Positions 26,279 through 35,877 are shown, numbered from the stretch's first letter. The stretch is DNA of 64,000 nucleotides from Verrucomicrobiota bacterium (GCA_021413925.1 JAIOPL010000023.1:13640-77639); one strand, 5' to 3'. The notes: generated from the sequence alone by a model not told the origin. Numbers and translations are program-made.

Positions 26279-28033
26279 ATGATTGCCGGCATCGACCTCG
26301 GAACCACCAATTCGCTTATCGGGGTCTATGAGAGTGGATTTCCCACTCTCTTAGCCGATTCGGAGGGAAAGCGGCTTATTCCTTCCGTCGTCTTTTATCC
26401 TGAGAACGGAGCACCGGTGGTCGGACGCGAAGGCCTCCGGATGCAAGCGCTCCATCCCGAGCGTACCGTGGCCTCGGTGAAACGACTTATCGGCCGCCGT
26501 TTCGGCGAGGATGAAACAAAGGAGCTTACTGGCCCCAAAGGCGCTCCGGTCACCATTCCGATCAATGGGAAAAATCTGACTCCCGAGCAGGTCTCCGCGG
26601 AAATCCTGAAGAGACTCAAGGCCGTTGCCGAAGAACGCCTCGGTAAAGCAGTTGATCGCGCGGTCATTACCGTTCCTGCATACTTCAACGACGCGCAACG
26701 GGCAGCCACCCGCAGGGCTGGGGAGCTTGCGGGTTTTGTTGTGGAACGCATCCTGAGCGAGCCCACGGCAGCAGCCTTAGCCTATGGCTTGGATCGCTTG
26801 CAGGAAAACTCCCGCGTGGCTGTCTACGATCTGGGTGGAGGCACCTTCGACCTCTCGATCCTGCGTCTCGACAACGGCGTCTTCCAAGTACTCTCAACCC
26901 ACGGCGACACACGCCTGGGAGGTGATGATCTGGATGAGGCGATCGCCGGACTACTTCTCCGTGAGGCCGGCATGGAGACATTGACCCCGGAGATGAAAGT
27001 GCGCCTTAAGGAAGCAGCGCGCGCGGCCAAAGAACTCCTATCAGACGAAGAAGTAACGATTGTTCTCCTGCCTTTCATGGAGGGATCAAGGAGTCTTGAG
27101 ATTCCACTCACTCGGGCGCAGGTCGAGTCAGTCTGTGGACCGATCATCGCCAGAACACGGGCTCATTGCCTGAGGGCATTGGAGGATGCCGGGTTGAAGT
27201 CCGAGGAGATCGATCAGGTAATCCTGGTTGGCGGCTCGACGCGAATGCCCCTCGTGCAGCGCCTTGCCGCTGAGTTCTTAGGTAAGCAGCCAAATCTCTC
27301 CCAGCATCCCGATGAGGCGGTCGCCCTCGGAGCAGTCCTGCAGGGAGCGATTCTGGAGGGAAGCCTGCAAAATGTAGCCTTGCTCGACGTCACCCCTCTT
27401 TCGCTCGGGATCGAAACTTTCGGCGGCCTCATGAATGTCATCATCCCGCGGAACACCACCATCCCGGCCAAGGCAGGAGAGATGTTCACCAATGCCGTGG
27501 CCGGCCAGAGCGGCATGAAGATAATTGTCCTTCAGGGAGAACGGGAACTTGCCACGGACAACTGGACGCTCGGTTCTTTCGAGATCCCCTTTCCTCCCTC
27601 ACCGAAAGGAGCAGCCCGAGTCGGAGTACAGTTCTCCATCGATGCCGATGGCATCCTTCAAGTGCTGGCCCGGGATACCGCTACGGGTTCGGAAAAGATC
27701 GTTGAGATCCAGAGCGCCGTGGAAGTTTCCGATGAGGCGGTCGAGGCGATGCTAGCCGGATCGCTGGAGCATGCCTTCGAGGACATGGACGCAAGGATCT
27801 TCACCGAGGCAAGACTCAAGGCGGAGGAGATGCTCCCGGCGGTGGAGGCGGCCTTGGCACAGCTCGGATCCGAAATTCCCGAATCGGAGTTTCTGGAGAT
27901 CCGGGAAAAGTCATCTGAAGTACAGGCTGCTTTGGAATCCAAGGAAACCTCGCGACTCAAACAGGCCCTCGCAGTACTCGATAACGCTACCCAGACCTTG
28001 GCAACCAAGCTTCTCGAGAAAGCCATGGGATAG
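26279..28033 (+). CDS. hscA: Hsp70-family Fe-S cluster chaperone
   Basis: [20 protein letters not shown] and [11 protein letters not shown]. It is 584 aa and follows hscB. Confidence 0.85.
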   Translation: MIAGIDLGTTNSLIGVYESGFPTLLADSEGKRLIPSVVFYPENGAPVVGREGLRMQALHPERTVASVKRLIGRRFGEDETKELTGPKGAPVTIPINGKNLTPEQVSAEILKRLKAVAEERLGKAVDRAVITVPAYFNDAQRAATRRAGELAGFVVERILSEPTAAALAYGLDRLQENSRVAVYDLGGGTFDLSILRLDNGVFQVLSTHGDTRLGGDDLDEAIAGLLLREAGMETLTPEMKVRLKEAARAAKELLSDEEVTIVLLPFMEGSRSLEIPLTRAQVESVCGPIIARTRAHCLRALEDAGLKSEEIDQVILVGGSTRMPLVQRLAAEFLGKQPNLSQHPDEAVALGAVLQGAILEGSLQNVALLDVTPLSLGIETFGGLMNVIIPRNTTIPAKAGEMFTNAVAGQSGMKIIVLQGERELATDNWTLGSFEIPFPPSPKGAARVGVQFSIDADGILQVLARDTATGSEKIVEIQSAVEVSDEAVEAMLAGSLEHAFEDMDARIFTEARLKAEEMLPAVEAALAQLGSEIPESEFLEIREKSSEVQAALESKETSRLKQALAVLDNATQTLATKLLEKAMG

Positions 28034-28063
28034 CTTTCTATCTCCTGACCAGCACCTTTCCTC

Positions 28064-28098
28064 TTTTCACTTTTCACTTTTCACTTTTCACTTTCCCC
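28064..28098 (+). repeat. heptanucleotide tandem repeat (TTTTCAC)x4 plus a degenerate TTTCCCC unit, abutting the serS ATG
   Basis: Read directly: perfect units at 28064-28070, 28071-28077, 28078-28084 and 28085-28091, then TTTCCCC, then ATG at 28099. Confidence 0.9.
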
Positions 28099-29364
28099 AT
28101 GCTCGATATTCGACTCCTCAGGGAAGATGCACCAGGCGTAAAGGCCCGTCTTGCGACACGTGCCGGCAATTATTCCGATCTGATCGACCAGATCCTTGCC
28201 TGCGATGCCCGCCGCCGCGAGAGCGAGACCCGCGTCCAGCACCTGCGGGCTGAAAAAAACCGTCTCAGCAAGGAGATAGGCGGTCTGAAAAAATCCGATG
28301 CCGATTCTTCCGGTCTCGAGGCTCAGGTGAAGGGATTCTCCGACGAGATGGAGGAACTCGGCCGCACCGCCGCGGAACTGGACGCGGAACAGCGGAATCT
28401 TCTCCTTCAGATACCCAACCTTCCCGCTCCCGGGCTCCCTGAGGGGCGGGAGGCTGCCGATAACGTGGCCATCCGTCACTGGGGCGAACCCGCTCCATCC
28501 AATCCCGAGGATCATGTGGCAATCGGCGAACGACTGGGACTCTTTGACCTAGAGCGCGCCGCCAAGATCAGTGGCAGCGGTTACGTCCTCTTCACGGGCG
28601 CCGGCGCCCGACTCGAACGCTCCCTCATCAATTTCCTGCTCGACCTCCAGACCCGATCCCACGGCTACACCGAGATAGCTCCTCCCGTCCTGGTACGTCG
28701 TGAGTGCATGGAAGGAACAGGCCAGCTTCCCAAGTTCGAGGATGACATGTATGGCTTCGATGACGGCGCATCCTTCCTGACTCCGACCGCCGAGGTTTCC
28801 CTGACGAATATCCATCGGGACGAAATTCTCCAGGAATCAGAGCTCCCTCTCAAATACACCGCCTGCACTCCCTGTTTCCGCCGAGAAGCGGGATCCGCGG
28901 GACGTGAAACGCGCGGCATGATCCGGATGCATCAGTTCGATAAGGTTGAACTGGTCAAGATCTGCAAACCCGAGCAATCCGAGGCGGAACTCGAGTCCCT
29001 CACTGCCGATGCGGAAAAAGTCCTGCAACTCCTCCAACTTCCTTACCGCGTTCTGGAGCTCTGCACCGGTGATATCGGCTTTTCCTCCTCCCGTACCTAC
29101 GATCTGGAAGTCTGGGCTCCGGGTCAGGGAGGTTACCTTGAGGTCTCGAGCTGCTCCCAGTTCGGCGACTATCAGGCGCGTCGGATGAATCTTCGCTACA
29201 AGAATAACGAAGGGAAGAACGTCTTCTGCCACACGCTCAACGGGTCCGGCACAGCGCTGCCCCGCCTCTACGTCGCGCTACTTGAAACGCACACGAAGCC
29301 CGGAGGCCCTCTGATCCTACCCGAGCCCCTTCAGCCCTATTTCGGTGCCGCGCAAATTGGCTGA
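28099..29364 (+). CDS. serS: seryl-tRNA synthetase
   Basis: MLDIRLLRED..., an N-terminal coiled-coil arm, and class II motifs (FRREAGS..., TLNGSGTA). Confidence 0.95.
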   Translation: MLDIRLLREDAPGVKARLATRAGNYSDLIDQILACDARRRESETRVQHLRAEKNRLSKEIGGLKKSDADSSGLEAQVKGFSDEMEELGRTAAELDAEQRNLLLQIPNLPAPGLPEGREAADNVAIRHWGEPAPSNPEDHVAIGERLGLFDLERAAKISGSGYVLFTGAGARLERSLINFLLDLQTRSHGYTEIAPPVLVRRECMEGTGQLPKFEDDMYGFDDGASFLTPTAEVSLTNIHRDEILQESELPLKYTACTPCFRREAGSAGRETRGMIRMHQFDKVELVKICKPEQSEAELESLTADAEKVLQLLQLPYRVLELCTGDIGFSSSRTYDLEVWAPGQGGYLEVSSCSQFGDYQARRMNLRYKNNEGKNVFCHTLNGSGTALPRLYVALLETHTKPGGPLILPEPLQPYFGAAQIG

Positions 29365-29469
29365 TTGCGGCCTCAGAAAACTAAGGCCTCAAAGGCTTTT
29401 AGCAGTTTAGGCTGAAGGCTATTAGGGACAGCAGAGAAATTGAAAAAGAACTCTTTCAGCTTGAATGGC

Positions 29470-30420
29470 ATGTCGCCTCTGGCAACCAAGGTGAAGAGAG
29501 AGCTTGTTACGGTTCCAAAAAGGAAACTTATTGTAGCGGTCTCGGGTGGAGCTGATTCGGTGGCGTTACTCCATCTTCTGATCGAGGCTGGATATAAGAA
29601 TCTGGTCGTCGCCCATTTCAACCATCGGCTCAGGGGAAAAGCTTCGGCGGCTGATGCAATCTTTGTGCAGAAGCTGGCAAATCAACTGAATCTGCCATAT
29701 GAGGTTGGTAGCGATGATGTCCGGAAACTGGCCTCGGATCGTAAATCTTCGCTCGAAACGACAGCTCGTGTAGCCCGCTATGAGTTCCTGGCATCCGTGG
29801 CCAGGAAACACCGGACGCGCAGTTTATTTCTGGCTCATCATGCCGATGATCAGGTCGAGACCTGTTTCTTCAATTTTCTGAGAGGCTCCGGGATCGCGGG
29901 CCTGTCGGGAATGAAGCCTTTATCTGTGCGCAGCGTTGGCGGAATTAAAATCGAATTCCATCGCCCTCTCCTAAGTATTACCAAGAACGAGCTGCTGGAT
30001 TATCTAAAAGTGCGCAAAATCCGTTTCCGTGAAGATGCGACCAATGCGATTGCTGATGCGTCCAGGAACAAACTCCGTCTTAAGGCTCTTCCCCTGATCG
30101 AGGAACTTTTTGGTTCCGCTTTCAAGGCAACTATTGTGCGTAACGCTCGGATTTTTTCGGATGAGGAAGAGCTTCTCTCCTCGATCTCACTACCGATTGC
30201 CAAGAACGAGACTCTCTCAGTCAAGCTGATGAGGGATCTTAATTCGGCACTCCGACGTAGAGTCCTTCATGCATGGCTTAAGAACCGAGGTGTCACCGAG
30301 CCAGGCTTTGCCGAGGTGGAACGCGTCGCATCACTTCTGGAACCGGGGGCTGCCGCAAAAGTGAATCTCCCAGCGGACCGTCATGCCCGCCGCCGTGGCG
30401 GGATTCTCTTTATCGAATAA
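29470..30420 (+). CDS. tilS: tRNA(Ile)-lysidine synthase
   Basis: PP-loop VAVSGGADSVALLHLL, then HFNHRLRG. TTG 29440 is an alternative start. Confidence 0.85.
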   Translation: MSPLATKVKRELVTVPKRKLIVAVSGGADSVALLHLLIEAGYKNLVVAHFNHRLRGKASAADAIFVQKLANQLNLPYEVGSDDVRKLASDRKSSLETTARVARYEFLASVARKHRTRSLFLAHHADDQVETCFFNFLRGSGIAGLSGMKPLSVRSVGGIKIEFHRPLLSITKNELLDYLKVRKIRFREDATNAIADASRNKLRLKALPLIEELFGSAFKATIVRNARIFSDEEELLSSISLPIAKNETLSVKLMRDLNSALRRRVLHAWLKNRGVTEPGFAEVERVASLLEPGAAAKVNLPADRHARRRGGILFIE

Positions 30421-30427
30421 TAAAACT

Positions 30428-30521
30428 CACAGAGATAAAGGGGATAAAAGGGATTGGATGCCTAGGGGATTCTGTATTTTTTGATTCTTTCGATATCACC
30501 TTCATCTCCTTCATCCCTGTG
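30428..30521. repeat. palindromic repeat, family 1, copy 4 (94 bp)
   Basis: CACAGAGATAAAGGGGATAAAAGGGAT ... ATCACCTTCATCTCCTTCATCCCTGTG. The right end encodes the last codons and the stop of the GT1 gene. Confidence 0.9.
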
Positions 30522-31530
30522 AACTTATCAATTCACAAAGAAAGGCGGCAAGCTGAGTACCCACCTTTTCGTGTGTGAAACGCTCTTGGACAGTTTTCCG
30601 GCCGAATTCCCCTGTTTTCTTTCGTAGGGCGGAGTCTGAAAGAAGTTGAGCTAATGCGGAGGCCCAGCCGCCTGGCTTCACCACGAGCCCAGAGCCGGTC
30701 GCTTCTATCCACTCGCGGTTCACACCGACATCGCTCGCCACCACAGGAAGTCCGCATGCCATGTATTGGAGCGCTTTGTAGGCGCATTTGCCACGCGTGA
30801 ATCCGTCATCCGCCAGAGGCATGATGCCGAGATCAGCCGAGGCAATGGCGTCGTATTCGGACTTTTCGCTCCACTCGATAAATTCCCAAGAAGTAAACTG
30901 ACGAAATAACGGAGGGCGGTTGCTGACGATCCGAAGCAGGAAAGGATGCACCGCATGAGCTGCCAGAAGTTCAGTCTCCATCGCCTCGACTTGGGCAACG
31001 TTCGCCCCCATGCCAACCCAGACCACCACAGGAGTGTTTCCCGTTTCCCGATGATCCCTGGAGGGAAACTCGGGAACGCTTGTCGGAATCAATTGCGTCT
31101 CAAGCTTCGGTGCGCTGCTTTTGATTTTCTGCTCCAAATAGGGGCTTCCGCAGATGGCCCCATCCAGGAAGTGCATCAAGAACCCGAAGCGCCTTGCCTG
31201 CTTGCCGCTTCGGTAGGGAACATGGTTTTTCTTTCCCATCCAGACCGCATCATCGAGATCAAAGAGCAGTCGCTTTGCTGCCCGTCTGAGTCTCAGCACG
31301 TTCCACTGACTCATCAGAACCTTCTGCCAGAGCACGGCATCCACGGTGCGGGCTTTTCTCAGAAGTTCTCCCCACGATTCCCTCCGTTTGGGCTGAAGCA
31401 TTACTTCAACTGTGATTCCGGCGGCTTTGAGAGCATCCAGATGTTGAAAGATCCTCAGCCTGCTACTCGGACTGATCGCCGGATCCTCCACCACGCAGAG
31501 TAAGGAGAGAGTTTTGGAGGGATTCATCAA
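30511..31530 (-). CDS. glycosyltransferase family 1 (GT-B, GT4-like)
   Basis: The C-terminal Rossmann domain contains ALQYMACGLPVVASDVGVNREWIE...GLVV (E-x7-E region). Confidence 0.8.
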   Translation of the reverse strand: MMNPSKTLSLLCVVEDPAISPSSRLRIFQHLDALKAAGITVEVMLQPKRRESWGELLRKARTVDAVLWQKVLMSQWNVLRLRRAAKRLLFDLDDAVWMGKKNHVPYRSGKQARRFGFLMHFLDGAICGSPYLEQKIKSSAPKLETQLIPTSVPEFPSRDHRETGNTPVVVWVGMGANVAQVEAMETELLAAHAVHPFLLRIVSNRPPLFRQFTSWEFIEWSEKSEYDAIASADLGIMPLADDGFTRGKCAYKALQYMACGLPVVASDVGVNREWIEATGSGLVVKPGGWASALAQLLSDSALRKKTGEFGRKTVQERFTHEKVGTQLAAFLCELISSQG

Positions 31531-31541
31531 AGGATAAGATT

Positions 31542-32037
31542 CACAGGGATGAAGGTGATGAAAGGGATACTGAACCTATGACGTTTTCAAATAAAGCTTT
31601 TGAAACAAGTACTCAGGTGTGCGAGTGAGGCACATGGAACATTCATTCATCACAGAATCTGTTCTAGAATGCAGCTTTGAGGTTTCGAATGAATTGGGAA
31701 TTGGCTTCCTCGAAAGCGTTTACGAGAACGCTTTATCTGTTGCCCTCAAGCCGCGTGGACTAAGAGTTACCCAACAGGCCCCACTTTCCGTTTCCTTCCG
31801 TGGGGAAAATGTCGGCCGATTCCAGATTGATCTGCTCGTGGAAAATCAGGTCATCGTTGAACTGAAATCTTCCAAGGCTCTAGTGCCTGAACATCAAATG
31901 CAGGTATTGAATTATCTCAGGGCATCGGGATTACCCGTTGCTCTCCTGATTAATTTTGGAACCCTCAGATTGGAATACAGACGCTTTGAAAATCGCTTTC
32001 TTAAAATCCCATCCCTTTCATCTCCTTTATCCCTGTG
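31542..32037. mobile_element. family-1 palindromic repeat whose arms enclose a GxxExxY gene (candidate full-length or autonomous copy)
   Basis: The left arm is CACAGGGATGAAGGTGATGAAAGGGATA (31542-31569). The right arm is ATCCCTTTCATCTCCTTTATCCCTGTG (32011-32037). The arms are 441 bp apart rather than 30-140 bp as in the other copies. Confidence 0.55.
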
Positions 32038-32038
32038 A
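31634..32038 (+). CDS. GxxExxY protein (PD-(D/E)xK nuclease-like superfamily)
   Basis: The signature is GIGFLESVYENAL (G-x-x-E-x-x-Y), followed by IDLLVENQVIVELKS (D...E-x-K). The last nine codons and the stop lie in the repeat arm. The gene is antisense to both flanking genes. GTG 31619 is an alternative start. Confidence 0.8.
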   Translation: MEHSFITESVLECSFEVSNELGIGFLESVYENALSVALKPRGLRVTQQAPLSVSFRGENVGRFQIDLLVENQVIVELKSSKALVPEHQMQVLNYLRASGLPVALLINFGTLRLEYRRFENRFLKIPSLSSPLSL

Positions 32039-32049
32039 GATTTCAGTCG

Positions 32050-33582
32050 TCAGTAGGCCTTGCCAAAGATGACCCTGCGACCGCTTGGCTCTCCAGTAAA
32101 GGGACAGATGCCCGGTTCATTGGTGAACTCATCCCCATTGGCTTCAGGGATGCAGCGGATCGTTACCTTCAGCTCTTCCTTGATCTTAGCCTCCACTTCG
32201 GCGCTGCCATTCCAATGGGTCAGGGCGAATCCACCGTGGATCTCGGGCTTCTCCTGATTCTTCGGGGTGAAGAACGCATAGAACTCCTCCTTGGTGTCGA
32301 TCTTCTTGGTGTGCTCCTTGCGGAAAGCCATTGCCCGATCCAGAAGCCCCTGTTGGATCTCTCCAAGAATCTCCGGCAGGCGTGCGGCAAGCGTATCGGA
32401 GGGAAGGAATTCCTTCTCCTTGGGTCCCTTGTCCCGTCGGGCGACAGCGGCACTACCAGACTCAAGATCGCGCGGGCCTATCTCGATGCGGAGAGGAACA
32501 CCCTTCTTAATCCAATCCCAGGTCTTGGTGCCGCCACCGATGTCGCGGCTGTCGATCTCGATGCGGAGCGGCTCACCCGCATAGGTCGTGGAACGGAGTG
32601 TGGAGGCGATCTCTTCGGCCTTGGCGAGTACGGCGGCGCGGGTCTCCTCCTTAGGCGTGATCGGGATGATGATGATCTGGGTGCCAGCGATGCGGGGAGG
32701 CAGAACGGCACCGTCATCGTCGCCGTGAACCATGAGCAGCGTTCCGATCAGGCGAGTGCTGACGCCCCAGCTCGTTGTCCAGGCAAGCTCCTCGGTATTG
32801 TTACGTGAGAGAAACTTGATGCCTGAGGCCTTGGCAAAATTCTGGCCCAGGAAATGGGAGGTGCCTGCCTGGATCGCCTTGCGGTCCTGGACCATCGCCT
32901 CGATGCAGTAGGTGCGGACAGCACCGGGAAAGCGTTCACTCTCCGACTTCTCACCCCTAATCACGGGAATCGCCAGCCATTCTCGAGCGAAGGTATCGTA
33001 GACACCGAGCATCTTCTCCGTCTCCTCGATCGCTTCGACTTCGGTCTCATGAGCCGTGTGCCCTTCCTGCCAGAGGAACTCGGCAGTGCGGAGGAAAAGA
33101 CGGGGACGCAGTTCCCATCGGACGACGTTCGCCCATTGATTCAGCAGGATGGGAAGATCGCGGTAGGACTTTACCCACTTGGCATATGTTGCGCCGATGA
33201 TGGTCTCGGAAGTCGGGCGGACGACCAGCGGCTCGGTGAGCTCACCGGCGGGCACGAGTTTCCCGTCCTTGAGTTCGAGACGGTGGTGGGTGACCACTGC
33301 GCATTCCTTAGCGAATCCCTCGACATGCTCTGCCTCCTTCTGCAGGTGGCTCAGGGGAATGAAGAGCGGGAAGTAGGCGTTCTTGTGGCCTGTCGCCTTG
33401 AACATAGCGTCGAGCGCCCCCTGCATCCGCTCCCAGAGAGCGTAACCCCAAGGACGGATTACCATGCAGCCGCGTACCTCAGAATTCTCGGCCATCTCCG
33501 CACTCCGGACGACCTGTTGGTACCACTCGGGGAAATCCTCTTCGCGACGCGGGGAAATAGCGTTTTCAATGCCTTTGCTCAT
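32050..33582 (-). CDS. proS: prolyl-tRNA synthetase (archaeal/eukaryote-like type without the INS editing domain)
   Basis: EDFPEWYQQVVRSAEMAE...RGCMVIRPWGYALWE. It is 510 aa and has the C-terminal zinc-binding-type domain. Confidence 0.9.
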   Translation of the reverse strand: MSKGIENAISPRREEDFPEWYQQVVRSAEMAENSEVRGCMVIRPWGYALWERMQGALDAMFKATGHKNAYFPLFIPLSHLQKEAEHVEGFAKECAVVTHHRLELKDGKLVPAGELTEPLVVRPTSETIIGATYAKWVKSYRDLPILLNQWANVVRWELRPRLFLRTAEFLWQEGHTAHETEVEAIEETEKMLGVYDTFAREWLAIPVIRGEKSESERFPGAVRTYCIEAMVQDRKAIQAGTSHFLGQNFAKASGIKFLSRNNTEELAWTTSWGVSTRLIGTLLMVHGDDDGAVLPPRIAGTQIIIIPITPKEETRAAVLAKAEEIASTLRSTTYAGEPLRIEIDSRDIGGGTKTWDWIKKGVPLRIEIGPRDLESGSAAVARRDKGPKEKEFLPSDTLAARLPEILGEIQQGLLDRAMAFRKEHTKKIDTKEEFYAFFTPKNQEKPEIHGGFALTHWNGSAEVEAKIKEELKVTIRCIPEANGDEFTNEPGICPFTGEPSGRRVIFGKAY

Positions 33583-33613
33583 AAGTCGAGCAGGGTAGCC
33601 TTTTGGCTATCGG

Positions 33614-34729
33614 TTACGCAAGCGAGCGGAGGAAGCGCTCGAAAAAATTAGCCCCAGCTTCCAGATCAGCAATGGAGATGAATTCATCCGCTGTGTGTGC
33701 CTGCGCAATGGAGCCTGGTCCGAGCGCAACGGCGGGGATTCCCTTGGCAGCGAAGACTGCTGCATCACAGAACCAGGGGGCACCTGTTGGCGTTGCTCCT
33801 AGGGCAGAGAGTTTCAGGACGAGAGGATGCGCAGGATCGGTAAAGAGCGGCGTGGATCCCAGGTGATCGATCTGCACCCCATGAGCGATATTCTCGATGA
33901 GATTGATGATTTGGAGAGGATCGGTGCCGGGAATGATCCGGATGTCGAGAGTCGCCTCGCAATAATCAGGCACAATGTTCGTCTTGGATCCCCCTCGGAT
34001 GGTTCCGACGCTCAGCGTGGAGCGTCCCAGGAGGGGATGCTCGGTTTTGGAAAGCTCAGGAATGACCAGTTCTCTGATTAGCTCGATCGCCGAGGTCATC
34101 TTGTAGATCGCATTCTCACCCAGCTCGGGTGTCGAGGCATGGACGGCCTTCCCATGAGCCGTGAGGGTCACCCAGAGAGATCCCTTATGGGCATGGACCG
34201 TCTTCAGGTCGGTCGGTTCCCCGGCGATCACGAAATCAAACTGTTCCTCACTCGCCAGGGCCTTCGCCCCATGCTGACCAGACTCCTCACCGACCAATCC
34301 TGCAAACCAGATCTCATGACTCAGTTTTGGAATTTCTGAGCGAACTCGGGATAGGGCAGAGAGCATGGCGGCCATCGGCCCCTTGGTGTCACTTGCTCCT
34401 CGCCCCCAGATCTTGCCGTCGCGGACTTCGCCGCTGAAGGGATCGATCGTCATCCCGACGACGCTAACGGTATCCATATGAGGCGCCAGCAAGAGACGTG
34501 GCTTGTTCTTACCGTCACTTGGATCACTCGGGAAATGCGCCACCACATTGGGACGACCCGGCAGAACCTCCCGCAGGCTGACCTCCGCACCGAGTTCTCG
34601 GAGTAGCTTCTCAAGGGAGACTGCGATCCTCGCCTCGCCCGGATCACTCACGCCGGGATCCCCCTCAGGATTCACGCTTTGGATCCTGATCAGCTCACCC
34701 AGCAATGTGACCGGATCGAGTGTCTCCAT
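33614..34729 (-). CDS. M20-family metallopeptidase (ArgE/DapE-like deacylase)
   Basis: LIRIQSVNPEG, LLLAPHMDTV, GRGASDTKG and GEESG are the metal ligand contexts. Confidence 0.8.
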   Translation of the reverse strand: METLDPVTLLGELIRIQSVNPEGDPGVSDPGEARIAVSLEKLLRELGAEVSLREVLPGRPNVVAHFPSDPSDGKNKPRLLLAPHMDTVSVVGMTIDPFSGEVRDGKIWGRGASDTKGPMAAMLSALSRVRSEIPKLSHEIWFAGLVGEESGQHGAKALASEEQFDFVIAGEPTDLKTVHAHKGSLWVTLTAHGKAVHASTPELGENAIYKMTSAIELIRELVIPELSKTEHPLLGRSTLSVGTIRGGSKTNIVPDYCEATLDIRIIPGTDPLQIINLIENIAHGVQIDHLGSTPLFTDPAHPLVLKLSALGATPTGAPWFCDAAVFAAKGIPAVALGPGSIAQAHTADEFISIADLEAGANFFERFLRSLA

Positions 34730-34731
34730 AA

Positions 34732-35724
34732 TCAGGCACCCTTCTTATTGGCATCATCCTTGGCGTGGAGTTCGCGGTACCAGGCCACGAACTTGGGAAT
34801 CCCCTCCCGGATCGGCGTGTGCGGCTCATAACCAAGCAGAGTGCGGGCCTTAGTGATATCGGCAGCAGTCAATGGCATGTCTCCCTTCTGCTCCGGCAGG
34901 CGCTCTATCATAGCCTTCTTACCGAGGGCCTTCTCAATGGAGGCGATGAGCTTCGCAAGGGTCGTCGTCTCGTTTTCCCCGAGATTGAAGATTTCGAAAA
35001 GCGGCCCCTCCCCGTCTACATAGGAAAGAGCTCCGAGCACCCCCTGGACGATGTCGTCGATGTAGGTGTAGTCGCGCCGAGTCGAGCCATCGCCGAACTG
35101 CTTGATCGGACGGCCATTCTCGATCGCATCGGTGAAGCTGTGGATCGCCAGATCAGGGCGCTGGCCCGGTCCGTAAACCGTGAAGAACCTGAGACAGGCA
35201 ATCCTCATCCCGTGAAGGTTCACATAGTTGCCGCAGAGCTGTTCCCCGGCAATCTTGGTGGCCGCATAGGGCGACAGGGTTTGTAGTATCGGCAGATCCT
35301 CCCTGAAGGGCACGGTCTTTCCGAGACCGTAGACCGAAGAACTGGAGGCAAAGATGATCTTGTGGCAACCGGAGAGACGAGCCGCCTCCAGCACATGGAA
35401 GGTGCCGGTGATGTTCGTATCGATGTAGAGCTTCGGATCAGCAATCGAGGGCCGGACTCCCGCACGGGCCGCCAGATGGATTACGGCATCGGGCCGGACT
35501 TTTTCAAAGATGCCCCAGACCTTTTCCCAGTCCCGCAGATCGATCTCAGCAACTTCCACGGGAGAGCCGAAGGAGGTAAAAGAGGCGACATTGTCCCGCT
35601 TGATCGCTGGATCGTAGAAATCATTGAAATCATCGATGATCGTCACCTCATTTCCTTCCCCTACGAGGCTGCGGACCACATGGGATCCGATGAAGCCGGC
35701 CCCTCCTGTGACAATGATTTTCAT
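34732..35724 (-). CDS. NAD-dependent nucleotide-sugar epimerase (UDP-glucuronate 4-epimerase-like SDR)
   Basis: MKIIVTGGAGFIGSHV and the YAATK catalytic motif. Confidence 0.8.
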   Translation of the reverse strand: MKIIVTGGAGFIGSHVVRSLVGEGNEVTIIDDFNDFYDPAIKRDNVASFTSFGSPVEVAEIDLRDWEKVWGIFEKVRPDAVIHLAARAGVRPSIADPKLYIDTNITGTFHVLEAARLSGCHKIIFASSSSVYGLGKTVPFREDLPILQTLSPYAATKIAGEQLCGNYVNLHGMRIACLRFFTVYGPGQRPDLAIHSFTDAIENGRPIKQFGDGSTRRDYTYIDDIVQGVLGALSYVDGEGPLFEIFNLGENETTTLAKLIASIEKALGKKAMIERLPEQKGDMPLTAADITKARTLLGYEPHTPIREGIPKFVAWYRELHAKDDANKKGA

Positions 35725-35748
35725 GGAGTGAAGATAACCGACATGCCT

Positions 35749-35864
35749 CGCAGGGATAAAGGGGATAAAAGGGATGGGATCCAGGATTATTCAGTATTTT
35801 TTGATATCTCCTTAATCCCCTTTATCACTGTGAAACTCTGATTCCACTCCCCTCCATCCCTGTG
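35749..35864. repeat. palindromic repeat, family 1, copy 6 (84 bp), plus an extra right-arm half-site
   Basis: CGCAGGGATAAAGGGGATAAAAGGGAT ... CTTAATCCCCTTTATCACTGTG (to 35832), then CCTCCATCCCTGTG (35851-35864). The loop is similar to the copy 4 loop (GTATTTTTTGAT). Confidence 0.85.
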
Positions 35865-35877
35865 ACATACTCTTGAG

